The notes: generated by a model not told the origin, from the letters alone. 64,000 nucleotides of DNA from Phoronis australis (GCA_002633005.1 NMRA01000597.1:156970-220969); one strand, 5' to 3'. Shown: positions 49,672 to 63,783, numbered from the stretch's first letter. A program made the numbers and translations.

Positions 49672-52600
49672 TTAGTCCTCGGTTGTCTCTTCCGGAGCTG
49701 CCTCGGGTTCAGCCTCTTCTTCAGCTACTGGTGCTTGTGACTCATCTTCAGGAGGTACTAGTGTTGCTTCAAAGACAGCCTGTAAATAAAGAACGAGAGG
49801 TCAGTTGAAGAATGGACTTGGACTGTATCTGCATATTATGACTAGAGGTGTGCATGCAACTGGTCGGTGCAAAAATGCATCACGAAACAGGTACAAACTG
49901 ATGACAGTAATCACAGAAATGAGTAAATTCAGGGAAAAAGTTGGCACAGAACTGGATTCATTAACTGCACTGTGTTCTCAATAGAAAATGTGACGGAGAA
50001 CGAGACAAATGCAAATATCTCACAGTTTATCTTATCACATCTGAAAACAGAAAAAATCCTTGGAGGTCATAAATTATTTTGAAAAAGTTTATCACTGTTG
50101 GCAAGACGAAATAGTCAACATAATTCCTATACAAGAGAAACCATTGCCTACAAGACCAACCAAGAGAGCACGAACAACTGCATCAAAACCACACCAGACA
50201 CTATGCAACTGTCTCAACAATAAGGAAACTAATAAATTACATACGTCCCGCATCTTGAGAACCAGTTTTTTCCACTGAATACCAAGCATCGAACAGGTTC
50301 TCAAAATCCAGGACCAATGCGATAGACTAATGCCCAATGTCCACAGTGCTGTGAACTGTCAATCCTACTTACTGGTTGTTCTGTTGCTTCTTCTGTTGCC
50401 TCTGGTGCGACAGTTTCCGTTTCCTGGGCCACCAGAGCCTCCATTTCAGACTGGTGCAACCTATCGTAGGCTTCCCTCCGTGCTTTGACCACCTCGCGCA
50501 TGATTCCATCGACGACTGTACGTCCAAGACACATCTTGCTCAATTGTTCCTCCATACGATCCATCAACCATGGAATGAAGCCTTGCTCCACGTCTGTGTA
50601 GGAAAGAGACATGTTTACCATGTGGTATCACTGCATTCTCAACACATTAAGTAACAGCTTTCTTGTTAATTTGAAGGGTTTTCTCTACTAGTCAGCCTTA
50701 AAGACTCAGTCATGTCCTTAAGACAAACATACAATCTCTGTTCTAGATCAGTGTGAATTTCTCATTTCACTGTTTAAAGTAGTCAAAAAGGTGTGAGCAA
50801 AAACAACAGATTAAAAGTGATGTTATCGGTAACAATGCTGTACATTTGAGATCAGACCCAAGAAAAAGTTGAACCCACGACGCGAGAGGTTGCAGAATGC
50901 TTTTCTAGAATGCTAAAAGCTAATGCGGCAAGTTGCTAAGTATTTTAAGTGTATTTCACAGATAAGGTTTCCGGCCTTGATTTCTGTTAATTCTACTTAA
51001 TGACTGGAAACCAACGTTGGGAATTGGTGATTTACACACTTTCCTTAAACCTAACAGCTTCAAGAAATCTATCCTACTCAACAATAATCACAAAATTACA
51101 CTTCTTGTTCCCAGAACTGATTATGTCCATTTATAGTTTTACACATGTAATTGATCAAAAAATAAAATTTTCAACTAACCTCTCTCAACTGGATCGTAGA
51201 AGTAACCATTATCAGACAATGTTCCAAATACGGATGGTACGAGATCGGCTAAATAGCTCTGGGCAAAAGCCCTTGCAGCGATCTTGTCAGCTGTTTCCTT
51301 CTCTTTCCTCAGTATCTCCCTCTGTTGGTTCATTCGCCTCTCCTTCTCTTCACGGTGTCGTCGTTCTTGTTCTTCCAGTCTTTGTTGTTCCACAATCTCT
51401 GCATTGCGTAGCTCTTCGAACGCCCTCTGTTGAGCCCTGAGGTTAGCTAGCTCTTCTTCTTCGCAAACTTCGAGTAAAGCTTGTTCTATTGTTTTGCCAG
51501 TGAGAACTTCAAGGATGGCCTTGACTTCGATGTCAAAGTCAAACAACTGAAATGAAAACTAGACGTAAGAAAGAGTACATTCACGGAAACTATGTCCAAT
51601 GCATTCTACAACAAACCTGCTTTCAGTCTTGAATGAAGCCATGAAGTAATTTTATATTTTACCATCAGCACTGTCACGTGCTATCAACTACATTACTCTT
51701 AATTGAAATCTTGGTCAATGATGGGTAGCAATGGATCAAATCTTCAGAAGAGAATAAAAACACGTACATCTCCTTCGTAAATCTGTGTTTCAATGTCAAT
51801 TCCAGTTTTGGCAGGAATAAACAACGGCGTGGCCGGCCGGTCTAAGAAAGCGTCTGTCTGTACTTCCACATCAGCCTCCTCCACACGATCACTGAGTTCT
51901 TCCAGGTATAACTCTGTTTGGACATCGATGTGTTTTCGACCCTCTACAGCCTCGGGTGATTTGGGCCTCAGCTGCTCCTTGGCACGGCGTTTTGCTATTG
52001 CACGGCGTTTGGCCTCTTGAAGTCGCTGGATTTCGATAGGGTCTGGTTGCGCAGCCTAAAACAAAAATGGTGACATTGCAAAACACCACTCCATAAAGCA
52101 CTTACTTCTAAATGAACAACTTCCTGAATCAAACTTTTGAATTAGAGATTTTAGAACATCTTCAATATACAAAACAAATTAAATCTTGATAACCATAAAT
52201 TTCAAAATTTACTCAAAAGTGTATCTTACTATACTATTGGATGTAGTGTAAAGCAACAAAATGCATGTAAAATGTGATTCACTAAAAAATTTTCTTTCGC
52301 ACTGTTAAAACTTCACAACATAAGATCATATATGATTACAATTAATCAAGACTGATAAAGGCGTTAACAGCTTGACCTATTTAGGTCTGATGCTGGGTCA
52401 CCAGTTCGATTGACTGAACAATATGAACGAGCCAACAAATCAATTTTGTCCTTGAAGTTTGAACAACTGAAGAGTCTGAAGAGAGATACTTACAGCTGGT
52501 AAAACATTCTGGGCGTATGTGTTACCGCGCACAATACGTCTGTCGTACATGATATTCCCATACCGGGCTGGATCTTGACTGCTGGAAACATTGCAAAAAG

Positions 52601-52946
52601 CATGAGTTAGAAAGCAGATATTGACGATCACACTCAGCACTTGATTTACCACAAAATCAATAATATGATATGTGTACACAACTTAACGCTGAAACCCCAC
52701 CTTTGAAAACGACTCGGTAATTAGATGTAAGCCCTATAATCATAAGATTAGATATTTTTAAAACTGGTTTCTTTAAGAAAGAACAAAGATGTGAAAAGGA
52801 AACTGATTTGGGATTCAAATGTCAGATGAATATACTCACAACTCATCGTTGACTGGTCGGTATTTCTTTCGCTGTGGAACTGCTCGTGGTTGACTTGCAA
52901 ACGTATAAGTTCCTTCTGTTTTCTGTTGAGGTAAGACGGCTGTCAT
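49672..52946 (-). CDS. RSPH3: Radial spoke head protein 3, ~392 aa
   Basis: Exons 52946-52840, 52581-52494, 52055-51768, 51546-51180, 50593-50373 and 49779-49672, all GT-AG with consistent phases (1179 nt). Motifs TYTFASQPRAV, YGNIMYDRRIVRGNTYA, GRKHIDVQTELYLEEL, LFDFDIEVKAILEVLTGKTIEQALLEV, GYFYDPVERD. Confidence 0.96.
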
Positions 52947-53423
52947 TTTTACAAAATGGTTGGGTATTAGTTTCTTACTGTTTTGAAAAGTCCTCTAAAA
53001 ATCTTAAGTCTAAAATTGAAGCACAGCAATATCTCAGTTGTTTCCACGACTCCTCTCTCCTCAATAATAAAACATGGACGATGGAAATAAAGTAGTCACG
53101 GCTTGGTTACAATGCGTACTGATATTTTCGCAAAAATATTGACTGAAAGGCAACAAACTTTAAAATATATGTGAATTGCAACGTAAATAAATTTTTTTAC
53201 TCGTTAATACATAAAATATATCTTATAATTTCTATAAAACAAGAAAAATATTTAAAATAATTGCGTATTATTTTTACGCGCAGTGATATATTTTGTTGTT
53301 AGGTACAAATATTGATATGCGCAGTTGCTATGAAACAAATGTTTGTTAGGTACCCGTAAGAGGCCGCTCTGTTTGACCTCTCGTTTAACGTGATGTCAAA
53401 GGCCAAAGTGTGTCTAAAGAAAG
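52947..53423. promoter_or_regulatory. Bidirectional promoter / 5' region shared by RSPH3 and FDX1, with an RFX X-box-like site
   Basis: 477 bp between divergent ATGs. GTTGCTATGAAAC at 53324-53336, a related GTTGTTAGGTAC at 53295-53306 and a very AT-rich core at ~53160-53280. Confidence 0.65.
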
Positions 53424-56400
53424 ATGGCTTCGAGCTGTAGACGCATTGCAGGGTTGTTCCCTATTTTATTTAAAGATTTATCAAAACCTCACGTGTTAAA
53501 TAGCACGCTTAATTCGTCCAAATGTAGTATATGGAATACACAAATCCAAAAAAGACACTTTTCGCTGTCGAATTGGAAAGGAAAGGAAACGTGAGTATTA
53601 TTTTGTTCTGCCGGCGACCAACACAACTCCCACGGCACTGATGGTATAGCGATCCCTGATATAGAGAACCAGGCAATCACTGAATAAACGGGCCCGTTAC
53701 TTAGTAAATGAAACTGGCTCTCTAAATCAGGGACCGCTATATCCGACCAGTGCCTAGAAAACACGTAACCTTTGTACAAAGCTGTATATACTTGTAAATA
53801 TTCAGCTTTGCGCCGATGTGGGTAACAAACGACCGGATAAAATATGACACAAAATTAAAAACTACACACATATTTCAGTAAATAAAGTTATTTTCTAGTT
53901 TTGGAAAATTGGCGTTCTACTATTGTTTTACTGCTAAAGTTGTGGAGCGATCGTCTGCATCGGCTTTCGGCACCATGAAATATTGCGTCACCTATCGCCA
54001 ATAGTATTGGCCAGTTTCTTTTTTCGCCGATTCTTCAATCAACTGTTGTTCTTTCACGAGGTTGCATACACGTCACAACAAATTATCGGAACTGGTTTCA
54101 CTTCGTTATAAGTTTTTAAAATTTTAGTACTGAAAAAACGAATTTCAGAAGAAATTTTGCTGCTGTGGAGCTATCATCATCTCTCGTGAGATGTCGCAAA
54201 AATTTAGGAAATGGTGCGTGCGAGTGTCACGAGCATACTGTTTTCAATACCACGACATAACTTTTCTTTGTTAGAAAAGGCGGAGGATTACGCAAGAAAA
54301 TGACGTTTAGTGGATTGTTTTCCACTTAAACGGCTGTAATGGGCAAGGTGAGTGTCGTTTGATTCCCAGATTTTGCATGCACCCCGTCCGGTCTTTAGCT
54401 GTACATGTTGCTACAGGTTTCACGAGGAGTTGGCGAGCAGAACTACCATGGCTGTGTGCAATTTCGTAGTCTACGGAAGAAAAACACACAGTGGTACTTA
54501 ACTGTATTTTGACGATAGTCTTCATATAAGCAATTACATCACCCTGGATGCCGTTTAAAATGCATGGAACGAAATGCGTGCAGAAAGCGATGGGAAGTAT
54601 TGTAGCCCCTAACCATCCAACCAAGGGGCTACATGTTGCGTACTGCGTAGTCTTCATACAGCTAGCTGGCTGGTTAGGCAACACGTAGCTCCTCAGTTGG
54701 CTGATTAGGGGCTACAATACTTCCCATCGCTTTCTGCACGCATTTCGTTCCATGTATTTTAAACGGCATCCAGGGTGATGTAATTGCTTACTTAAAGACT
54801 ATCGTCAAAATACAGCTAGGTACCACTGTGTGTTTTTCTTCCGTAGACACCGACTTAGTAGATAACTGTCATTATTAAAGTTTTGAAAATCTGAGGTTTC
54901 TCGTAGGTGGAAAATTAGTACTTGAAGGGATCCTAAAAATGGTTGCCTTTGTTTGTGAAAGTGAGCAGTTACCTGATCAGAACAATAAAGTCGCTTTTTC
55001 ATTAGAGTTGAAACTTTGCTTAAATTACGAAAGTTCTGGCAAGTTGGAAAGGTTAATTCCGGTAGTTAATATGCAAGCCAAACTTTGCTGAAAAAAGTAG
55101 GATTGAAAAGCGAAGCCTCGATACTCACCAAAACTTCAGTGTAGTGGGAAATGTCAGTGTGAAACTTCGCCGAAGTTATCGGTAGAGGTCGTGGCAACGA
55201 TATACAATCACACGAGACTTGCAAAACATGTTCTTTGTTATTGTAACATAGCTGACATGCTCTCAGGTAGGCATAGGTAAGTAAATAAAAGAAAGCGTAT
55301 CTGATGAAGAACAACGTTGATCATTTTCATTTACACTTGTAAATGGCAGCCGAGCAATTTTCAGTTAGCCTCAAAAAACACCACTCAGTATTGTTTAGAA
55401 AGTACAAATGAACTGCATCATCTGTTGTCATAGCGATAACTTTGATATCGTTACTAAGTGGGACAGATAAGCGAAGTTTCGTCAAAACTTTGCTGAAACA
55501 AAGTTCCCCTAATGGGAAAGCTCTTACTGTCTTCAACCCATTGCACAAATAATCATTGTACCTTGCAACAGTGAGGTTTAAATGTTATCTGCGGTGTAGA
55601 ATTTCACTAACCTAGCTCTGTCCATGTTGTGATAACTAAGATGATAGCATATTGGTGATAGCTTTTGACATGAGTACGGTACTTTTTATTCCCTTGGTAC
55701 TTTGAACTAAGAACATAACTGCTGCGTAGTCACGGTTGGATTACCAGCATTTGTCCCAGCTTTTGTATTGTGTTTTTTTCATCCAGGCCAGCTCTACAAC
55801 ACGTGTGGTTCTACACTACAAAGAGAAATTGTTTGTTCCTGTTGTGCAACTCTGGGGTATTTCTTTATTTCATATATTTTGTGAGGCTTGGGTAGAGTTT
55901 TCTTTTGGGTATCCTTTGCTTGATTACCGAGGTCTCAAATTTTTGTCCTGTCGTACACCTGTCATCTAGCCAACTCCACCGAGACAAGCAATGGTCTGGT
56001 TGGAGATCTTGTTTCGGGCAAACAAGTGATCCTCACTTGGGTCGGAAATACAGGACCAAAAAGCAAATCATCACCACATGCTGAGACGTATTTTTAAAAT
56101 TCTTATTCAAGCAGTGCTTCATTATTACTGTAGAATTGATTCAAATGAAGAAAAAAAGCACAACCTCAGGTATTTTTAAAGGGAGTATCCAACAGTCAGC
56201 GCTGTAGCCAGTTGTGCAGTCTGCTTATGGTATGCTTAAAATTAGCAGACCAGCCGGCTATTTTTCCGACCAGTCGACAAGTTGTTTCCGGTCAGCCAAA
56301 TAAAATTTGTGACATGTGCCGTGTCACTGTGTATGTATCCCCAACACATTGTGTGCAAGCGAACCCCCTGGAAATAGCTCATTCTGCCATCAAGGACGAG

Positions 56401-59400
56401 CTTTCATATTGCTCAGCACTTGACAAATTTTCATGTTTTTTACTACCCAACTGTTGTCTCGATTTCAGAGTTAATTTACACTTCACATTCAGAGACGGGA
56501 CCAAGCAGACTGTTGAAGCTACTGTTGGAGACAGCCTTCTCGACACAGTGGTCGATAAAAACGTAGACATAGATGGATTTGGTAAGAGGGAACGCCATGT
56601 TACTCAAGGCATGGGCAGTCACATTTTCCTCGCAATATTGCACCAAAGAGTTCATGTGAAAGAATGGCAGACTTCAACACTTTGTTGCTGTTTTTAGTTT
56701 TTCACTATTAACTACTAGAGTCTAGAACAGTTACTTAGACTAATCAGTTGGACTCCTTTTCAGAACCTCAATCCTAAGCTACAGTAAAAATTTCTCCAGT
56801 TTGGGACGGTGATAAAGCTGATTATTTTTGCCCAAGGCCAGAACTTGTACCAAATTTTAAAACATGGACAATATTTATTGTCAAGAATCACAACCAAGGA
56901 TCATTCATCTCCGTGTTACTCACTATGGGACTCATGAAGAAGTTGCGTTTGTGGATGTTTTTGATGATTTTATGAACCGCCAGGTCTGGTTTCAGATATT
57001 TGAGAAATATGACCTCCATATCCCAATCTTCACAATCCGGAAAATTCAATTTCAGCTTGAATTTTAGTGTCCCAAATTTTAGAGACTCCCAGACTGGATA
57101 GTTTTTACTGATACTTAATGTTAACAGTGACATTAACACAGTTTAAACTATTTTATGCAAAAACAGATTGTCAAGAATAAACTACGTATGATTTATTTAT
57201 TAAACAACCTTTTAAACATTAATAGGATACTGATGACAATTTTTTTAATTTCAAATTCTGAAAAAACAGGTATTTAAAAACTATTGGGTGTTAAGGATTT
57301 TTAATTTATAATTAAAAGATTGTTTGATTGTTAGAGCAACATGTACGACCATCTTCTAAAACATATGTTTTTGTTACGGTCATCTTGTTTTCATAATTTT
57401 AAACATGGTATGAACTGCCTTGTGTTCATTAATTGCATCTGTCGTTAGATTACCATCTGTAAAAATTGACCTTTTTACTTTGAAGTTATTGAATTTGAAA
57501 TGTTCTGATTAGTTCTATTTGGAATAGAAATGTGAAGTTGCTCTGTTTAGGTGGCACTTGAAACATATTGGAGTTCTTAACTAGAGAACCAAAACCAACA
57601 GCTGATCTGCGATGTTCTGTTGGGTCACGTGACTGGCCTATTTTTTAATGGAATTCTTTGCTTGCTCTTGTCGAATTTCAGAGTTTGCAAACCCCACTAA
57701 AATAACAATTTTCTGATGTGTTTCTTGACCTGTTGGGGGATTTCTATGTTGTTCTTGGTTTTTAGCCAGTTAAACAGCGAATTGCAGAGCTTTAAAATTA
57801 CGGAAATGCTTTTATGAGAGAAATACTATTCAGTTCTCTGAAATTTAGAAGTCAAACTATCGTCTTTTTCTGGCAGTTACAGTTGAAGAGACTATAGTAA
57901 ATTCAGCAGTTTTTATTGTCATGTTTCGTATAATTTTTCAGGTATTTCAAGTCAGCCAGTCAATATCAATACAGTTGTGCTGTAGACATGTACCTGTGTT
58001 CTTCAACTCTGTTTTCTTGTCACATCAAGCTGTGCTAGTTTTGCGGTCATATTGTTCAATTGTACAGTTATGTAATTCTAATTTCTAACCACTTGTGACC
58101 TTTCTGCTAAGCAGTGGGAAAATGTCATCACGTTCATGCACAAATCTGTCAGACTGATGGGTGGTGATTTCCGTTTCGCTTCAGGTGCTTGTGAAGGTAC
58201 TCTAGCGTGCTCCACATGTCATTTAATATTTACACAAGAACAGTACGACTCACTATCAGAGCCCCCTACCGACGAAGAGCTGGACATGTTAGATTTGGCC
58301 TTCCAACTAGAGGATACGTAAGTTACATGCGAATGTTGGAAGTGATGAACAGAATGTGCGCACTTAAAGCGGCATTGCCCTCTGTTTTGATGTTCGAAAA
58401 TACAAAATCCTAATAGACCTCTTTCTCCAGCAGAATCGGTCTTGATTTTATTTCAATACCAAAAAGAACGTCAAAGCCATTTACAGGATTAGCCTGCCTT
58501 CTATTACCCAAAGGCTTTAATTCAATTGTGGGTTCGAACTTGGTAAAGCACTTGTAATCCACTAGGTGGCGCATGTGCAGCACGGGTGCTACTCTTAGAA
58601 ATGTCTGCATTCAGGTGATTGTGTGAGACCTTCATCACACGGTGATGCTCTTAGTTTATTCAGTTGTTCAAAAGAGGGGCCTGTCTTCATTAGCGCCACC
58701 TGGTGAATATTGAGCCTCCTCATTCCAACTGAATGTTGAAACTGTTGGATCGGGGAAATGGAATTTGTTCAGTTTGATAAGCTTGGTTGATATTAATGGA
58801 CACCAAACAGTTGAGATCTTCAACATCCATTGTCTGAATGTTGCGGAGTTCTGTACAAGACCTGTAAAATGCAGTGAACTGATGGCATGGCAGTTTCTTT
58901 TAGGTGCTCACATATTTACATGTGGGCACCATCCGTCTACCGCCCTCTGCTCTATCTCCAAAACCCTTTTATGTATGTGCATGAAATTTTACATATGTGT
59001 TCCTTTCGTGGATGGGACAGCATGAGGGAACTTTCGGACTGAGCTGATTACCAGTGTGCTCCTTATTTTCATAAAATTTGGTTGATAGGCATCTGTTAGT
59101 GAGATGATGCTATCCTCCCATTTTGGGATGGATTCAAGGTATTTTGCACCACCTAGTGGCCATGTTTACTGTTTTCTAGTCTGTTTTTTGGTGTCCGCCT
59201 CTCTGTCAACCAAACCTCTCTAAGGATGATTATGAAAATTTGCATATATGTTCCTACTGTGAAGAGGACTACTGTGAAGAGGATGACTGACGATGATTTT
59301 CTGACGACTTCATGTACTGTGGTGCCTCCTAGTGGCAGTTTCTTTTGCGCCCATGGCAGTATCTCTTAAACTCTCCGCCAAATGTTTATTAAATTTAGCA

Positions 59401-59932
59401 AGTGTATTTATATGAAGTTGACAACAGACGACGACGACATTCATAGAGATCTGACGAACACTGTGCCCCCTAGTGGTAATTTCATTTTTTTTCCATTTTC
59501 CTCTTTCTCTGACGTTCCTTGATGGATTTGTATGAAATTTGATAAATAACTTTTTATTAAAGAAAAGATGACATATTCCCATTTTCGGATGGATTTGACG
59601 TATTTTGCACCAACTGGTAGCCATTTTTATTCTTTTCTAGTCTGTTTTTGGTGTCTGTCCCTTTAACAACCAAACCACTCTATGGATGATTTTGAAAATT
59701 GGTGTTTATGTTTTTGCTGTGAATTAAACGGCTGATGATGATTTTCAACATGGTCCCATTTTTGGATGGGTTCTTTGTTCAGTGTATTCTGAACACCCAT
59801 TTTTATGATACATATAAACACCTCTAGAAGCACACTGTTTGCAGTGCAGCCGTGGGCGCATTTCAACACTCCGCATTGCTCTTGTTTCTATTACAATAAA
59901 CAATTTTTAATGATGCTGAAAAATTATTGCTA

Positions 59933-59968
<36 letters not shown>

Positions 59969-61431
59969 CGTTGTTGTTGTTATTCTGGCTGTTGATGAAA
60001 ATTAATGAAGAAACAAGATGTGGGCAGTTTGCTGTTGGATAGACGTCTTCACACTGTTGTTGGTGTTGTTGCGTACATGGTTAATAACTAAAGTCCAGTT
60101 GAACATTAATTTAATCTGAAACATGTCTTTAAGTTAAGGGCAAGAAAGGCTTAATTCAGGTTCTGGTCCCAAACGCATCTTTTTTCATCATATCTAGCTG
60201 ATTTTTATAAAATGAATAACTACCGTAAGATACCGAAGCACTGCATCACTTATAAAAGAAATTCAGACAAAAACCAAGTGTGCTTTTTTACCTAATAATA
60301 GACAGGTAAGTAGTGTAAATATACCACCAAGATTTTGATTTTCATTATAAATTTGCGTAATAATTAATCGTTCCTAGACAGCTGGTGGCAATCAGTGCTT
60401 TGCAAGTGATAAACATTGACATTTGAAACGTCATTGTTTGGTTATTAATACACCAGAAATGCAGCTGTATAATTTGTCATGCTGTTTTTGTCTAGTAATC
60501 TGTCATTGGTTGTTTTAAATAGAGCTTAAACTCCTTTGACTTGGAGAGCCAAAAACAACACTCACCGCAATTCAATATTTAAAGAACTTGATATTGGAAT
60601 TAAATTGCCAGACAATTGGAAACTGACTGCTAGGGCTTACGAATGAGAGCACTGAAGAAATAAGATTCTATGCAGCCAAACCCTACCTCAACTTCCACCT
60701 CTTTCTTTTATTTTCAAAAAAATATTAATCATTTTAAACTTTCCCTGTTAATTTGGCCACCAAAATGTAACTTTTGCCTTATCTTGGTGAAATTAGGTCA
60801 CAGAGGTCACTGTGCGATAAAAATAGTGACATGTTATCCAATCGAATTAAAGGAAAATCTCATTTACTGTTACTGGCTAATGATAGCCTCAGTCATTATT
60901 TGTGAAGTCACTTTTATAACACCTAAAGATGGGCAGAGAAATGAACGGCCGAAATGTCGTACTAATGTAAATAGGCAGAAGTTGTTGTATGTTGACCAAA
61001 AGATTGTAGAAATGATGTTATGGCATCAGCACCTCAAAGAGGTTCTAGGAAGTCGTTGATCAGTGCACCAATTATATTTAAGAGAAATTCATTTCCCTTG
61101 TACAAACGTTTTAAAAATTTTAGTCTGATTTGTAGTTCTGGCACCAAGGTTTCTCTTTTGTTTCAAAATCATGAGTTTTACTATTATAATTGTTTTCATT
61201 GTCTGCAACATGAAAAATAACCTAAGTAAGTGGTGTTTTTGGTCTGTATGTGTGTTACATCTTCTTGTCAATAGATGGCGCCACTGTTGCATTATGGCCT
61301 CACTTCTCCAGTACACGTTGTTCATTATTTGTTCTAGGTCCCGACTGGGTTGTCAAATTAGCGTCACAAAAGACATGGAAGGGTGGGAGATACTTGTCCC
61401 GGAGGGAGTGGCTGATGCGAGAGAAGTTTGA
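53424..61431 (+). CDS. FDX1: Adrenodoxin / mitochondrial [2Fe-2S] ferredoxin 1, 168 aa
   Basis: Exons 53424-53590, 56469-56581, 58185-58317 and 61338-61431 (phases 2, 1, 2; 507 nt). Basic Ser-rich presequence. [36 protein letters not shown] and VADAR match FDX1 better than FDX2. Confidence 0.93.
54469..54848. mobile_element. Foldback element / long inverted repeat (~150-bp arms) in FDX1 intron 1
   Basis: 54469-54621 is the near-perfect reverse complement of 54696-54848, with a ~75-bp spacer. Confidence 0.9.
58555..59890 (-). repeat. Degenerate tandem array related to 17280-18790, mostly in the opposite orientation, in FDX1 intron 3
   Basis: Cores CCACTAGGTGGCGC (58559), GCGCCACCTGGTG (58693), CACCACCTAGTGG (59147), GCCTCCTAGTGG (59324), GCCCCCTAGTGG (59465), each with spaced ATGAAATTTG-type motifs. 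Confidence 0.6.
59935..59983 (+). repeat. (ATT)n(GTT)n microsatellite
   Basis: ttattattatt...atcgttgttgttgtt. Confidence 0.9.
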
Positions 61432-63783
61432 CCCAGGGATATATTTTAGCTATCTAGATCTACCATTTTACTACAGGTATATATGTGTGGAAGATGGCTA
61501 TGTAACAACGCCATGTAGTGTATGAATTCCAATTATACGGGGTCTTTCATGAAACTGTTTGCAGTCATATTTAGTGTCACTTTGTAAGCCTACTGAGTCT
61601 TCATCTAACTTTATCGTTTTAATGGTGTATATAATGATTATTCACTTATTTACCACCCAATATGGTGCAAAAATGGAACATTGTTTCTACATAAAATGAA
61701 TTTGAATAAATGGGCCTGCATTGTTTTAGCGATGTGTACTGTACAGTTGTCATAAAACTTGGCCAAAGTTTTATTACTAATAATTAACGAAGTCCCCACT
61801 TTTGCCATAAGATAACATTTTTGCACTTTGACGAATGAAATTCACGAATCTGTGTTTTAACTTTGCCTCCATAGTTTATTTTAATTATCACTGCATTTCT
61901 AGTTCAATTTTTGTGTCATTATGGTGGACCAATCGGCAATAGTCACTCACTTTCAGAGGTCCTGGATTTTGGGATCCAGATTGTCGCATGTTATTCGGTG
62001 GAGAAAACTGGTTCTCTAAGTGTGAGACCCCTGTATGTGTTCAATCTTTTACTATGACTACTGTTATCTCAGTTGAAAGGTGCCTGTTTCATTCTCGCGA
62101 TGTTGCAATAACCAGGAAAGAGTTTTGAATCTGGAATCTAGAACATTATCATCTTGGAAACGCTGATTGCCCCGATCGGAGTCCGGGGGAGTCTCCCACT
62201 GGACAGCCACCATTGGAGTAATGGAAATGTGGCCTTTCTGAGGGTCTGTACTCTGGTCTGTTTCGTGAAAAGTGATTTAAGACTCTAGGCTTAAATTTGG
62301 TTTTTCACCTTACGCGCCCAATTCACTATACCAAATAAAGGTTTAGCCATTTAGTTACTAGCACGTCACTGCCTAGAAGTAAAATACCCTAATATTCTCA
62401 GTAACTGGCACTTAAGGATATATTTGCAGATACCTTGTTCTTGTTATGCAAAAGTGAGGTTTAATTATTTTTCAGAAATAGTTATGTGGAGCGTAAGGCC
62501 AAATTTCGGGGTAATGGTTGGATATAACGTGCCCAAATCTTGAGAACCAGTTTTCTCCACTGAGTAACGGGTGTGAAACTGGTTCTCAAAATACGGGCAC
62601 GTTATATCAGACTATTGCCGATTTGTGTCTCAGTCAATTTTCACGAAACACACCCCAGAACTTCCTACCAGTTGTCTCGGCCAAATTGCTCAATTTTCTG
62701 AGGAAACATGATTCCCAGGCTTTTTTTTGGTTGAAATAATGTTAGCGATTTTTGATGAGAGTATGAGGGATGACATATTAACATGTGACGTTGCACAGCT
62801 GCAGGAAGGCATTACAAGGCCTGTATTTTGGATTTGGTGTTTGTTAGGAAATGTGGATGTATCTGTCAGTGTGAAACCAGCAAATTTGAATATGGAAGAA
62901 TTTGTTGTATAGGTATAGAAACTATAAATTTTAATCATTGTTATAGAGAGACATATACTGTCAATGCTTTATCGTGTATTGTTGTATTTAAAATAAAGTT
63001 GACAAGTTATTCACAAACCTAATATAACTTGTGGTGTATAACATGCTATAATCATATGATTCTCAAACAAATATTACATTTGCTTCAAGCAATTTATTAG
63101 TTGTCCAACTGTTCCACTGCTGGGGTTGCAGCCAAGTACATTAAATGGGGCGTGCAGTGAAATGCATTTGTGCTTCAAACCATTTTTGTGGTTTTAAAAA
63201 AAGTGCATTTGCTGTCAGTTAGGGACTTGTAGGACCACAATATGTTGCAGTGTGTTATGGAGTCCTATTGCTTCATGAGTTTTATGCAAACAGATCCATC
63301 TTTAGATATGCCCAGTGGACGTAAATCAGAAAAATTTTCGCAGATATGCTGGGAAAAATATATAATAATAAATACCTGAGACTCTCTTTGAAGAAGGTGA
63401 CCTCCGTTAGAGAGTAGACCCCTAATATGAAGGACGTAATTCAAAAAAGGAAGGAAATTAATTCCGACATCATGACCCCTCCAAGTCCACGCCTGTAAAA
63501 AATGAAGAAATGCAAAATTTAAAAGAAAGGTTGGCATATGATGCTGTCACCCTCGTCAAACACCCCTAAATTGATTTATAATTCCAACGCAGTGTGGCAG
63601 TTGATTACACCACCCCTTGCCCGAAGGAGCAGTGTCTTTGTTTCACGAAATTTTTACTTCCCACGTTATTCCGATTCTAATTTGAAAACAGTTAAAACTT
63701 GCTGCATTTGATCAAACATTGGACGATGTGCGGAGTGTCGACTGAAACGTTTCGTATTCACGTGGAAAGGCTACAAGTCTACC

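Noticed and set aside
51000-51440. 146-aa plus-strand ORF
   Set aside because: Antisense shadow of RSPH3 exon 4 and its intron.
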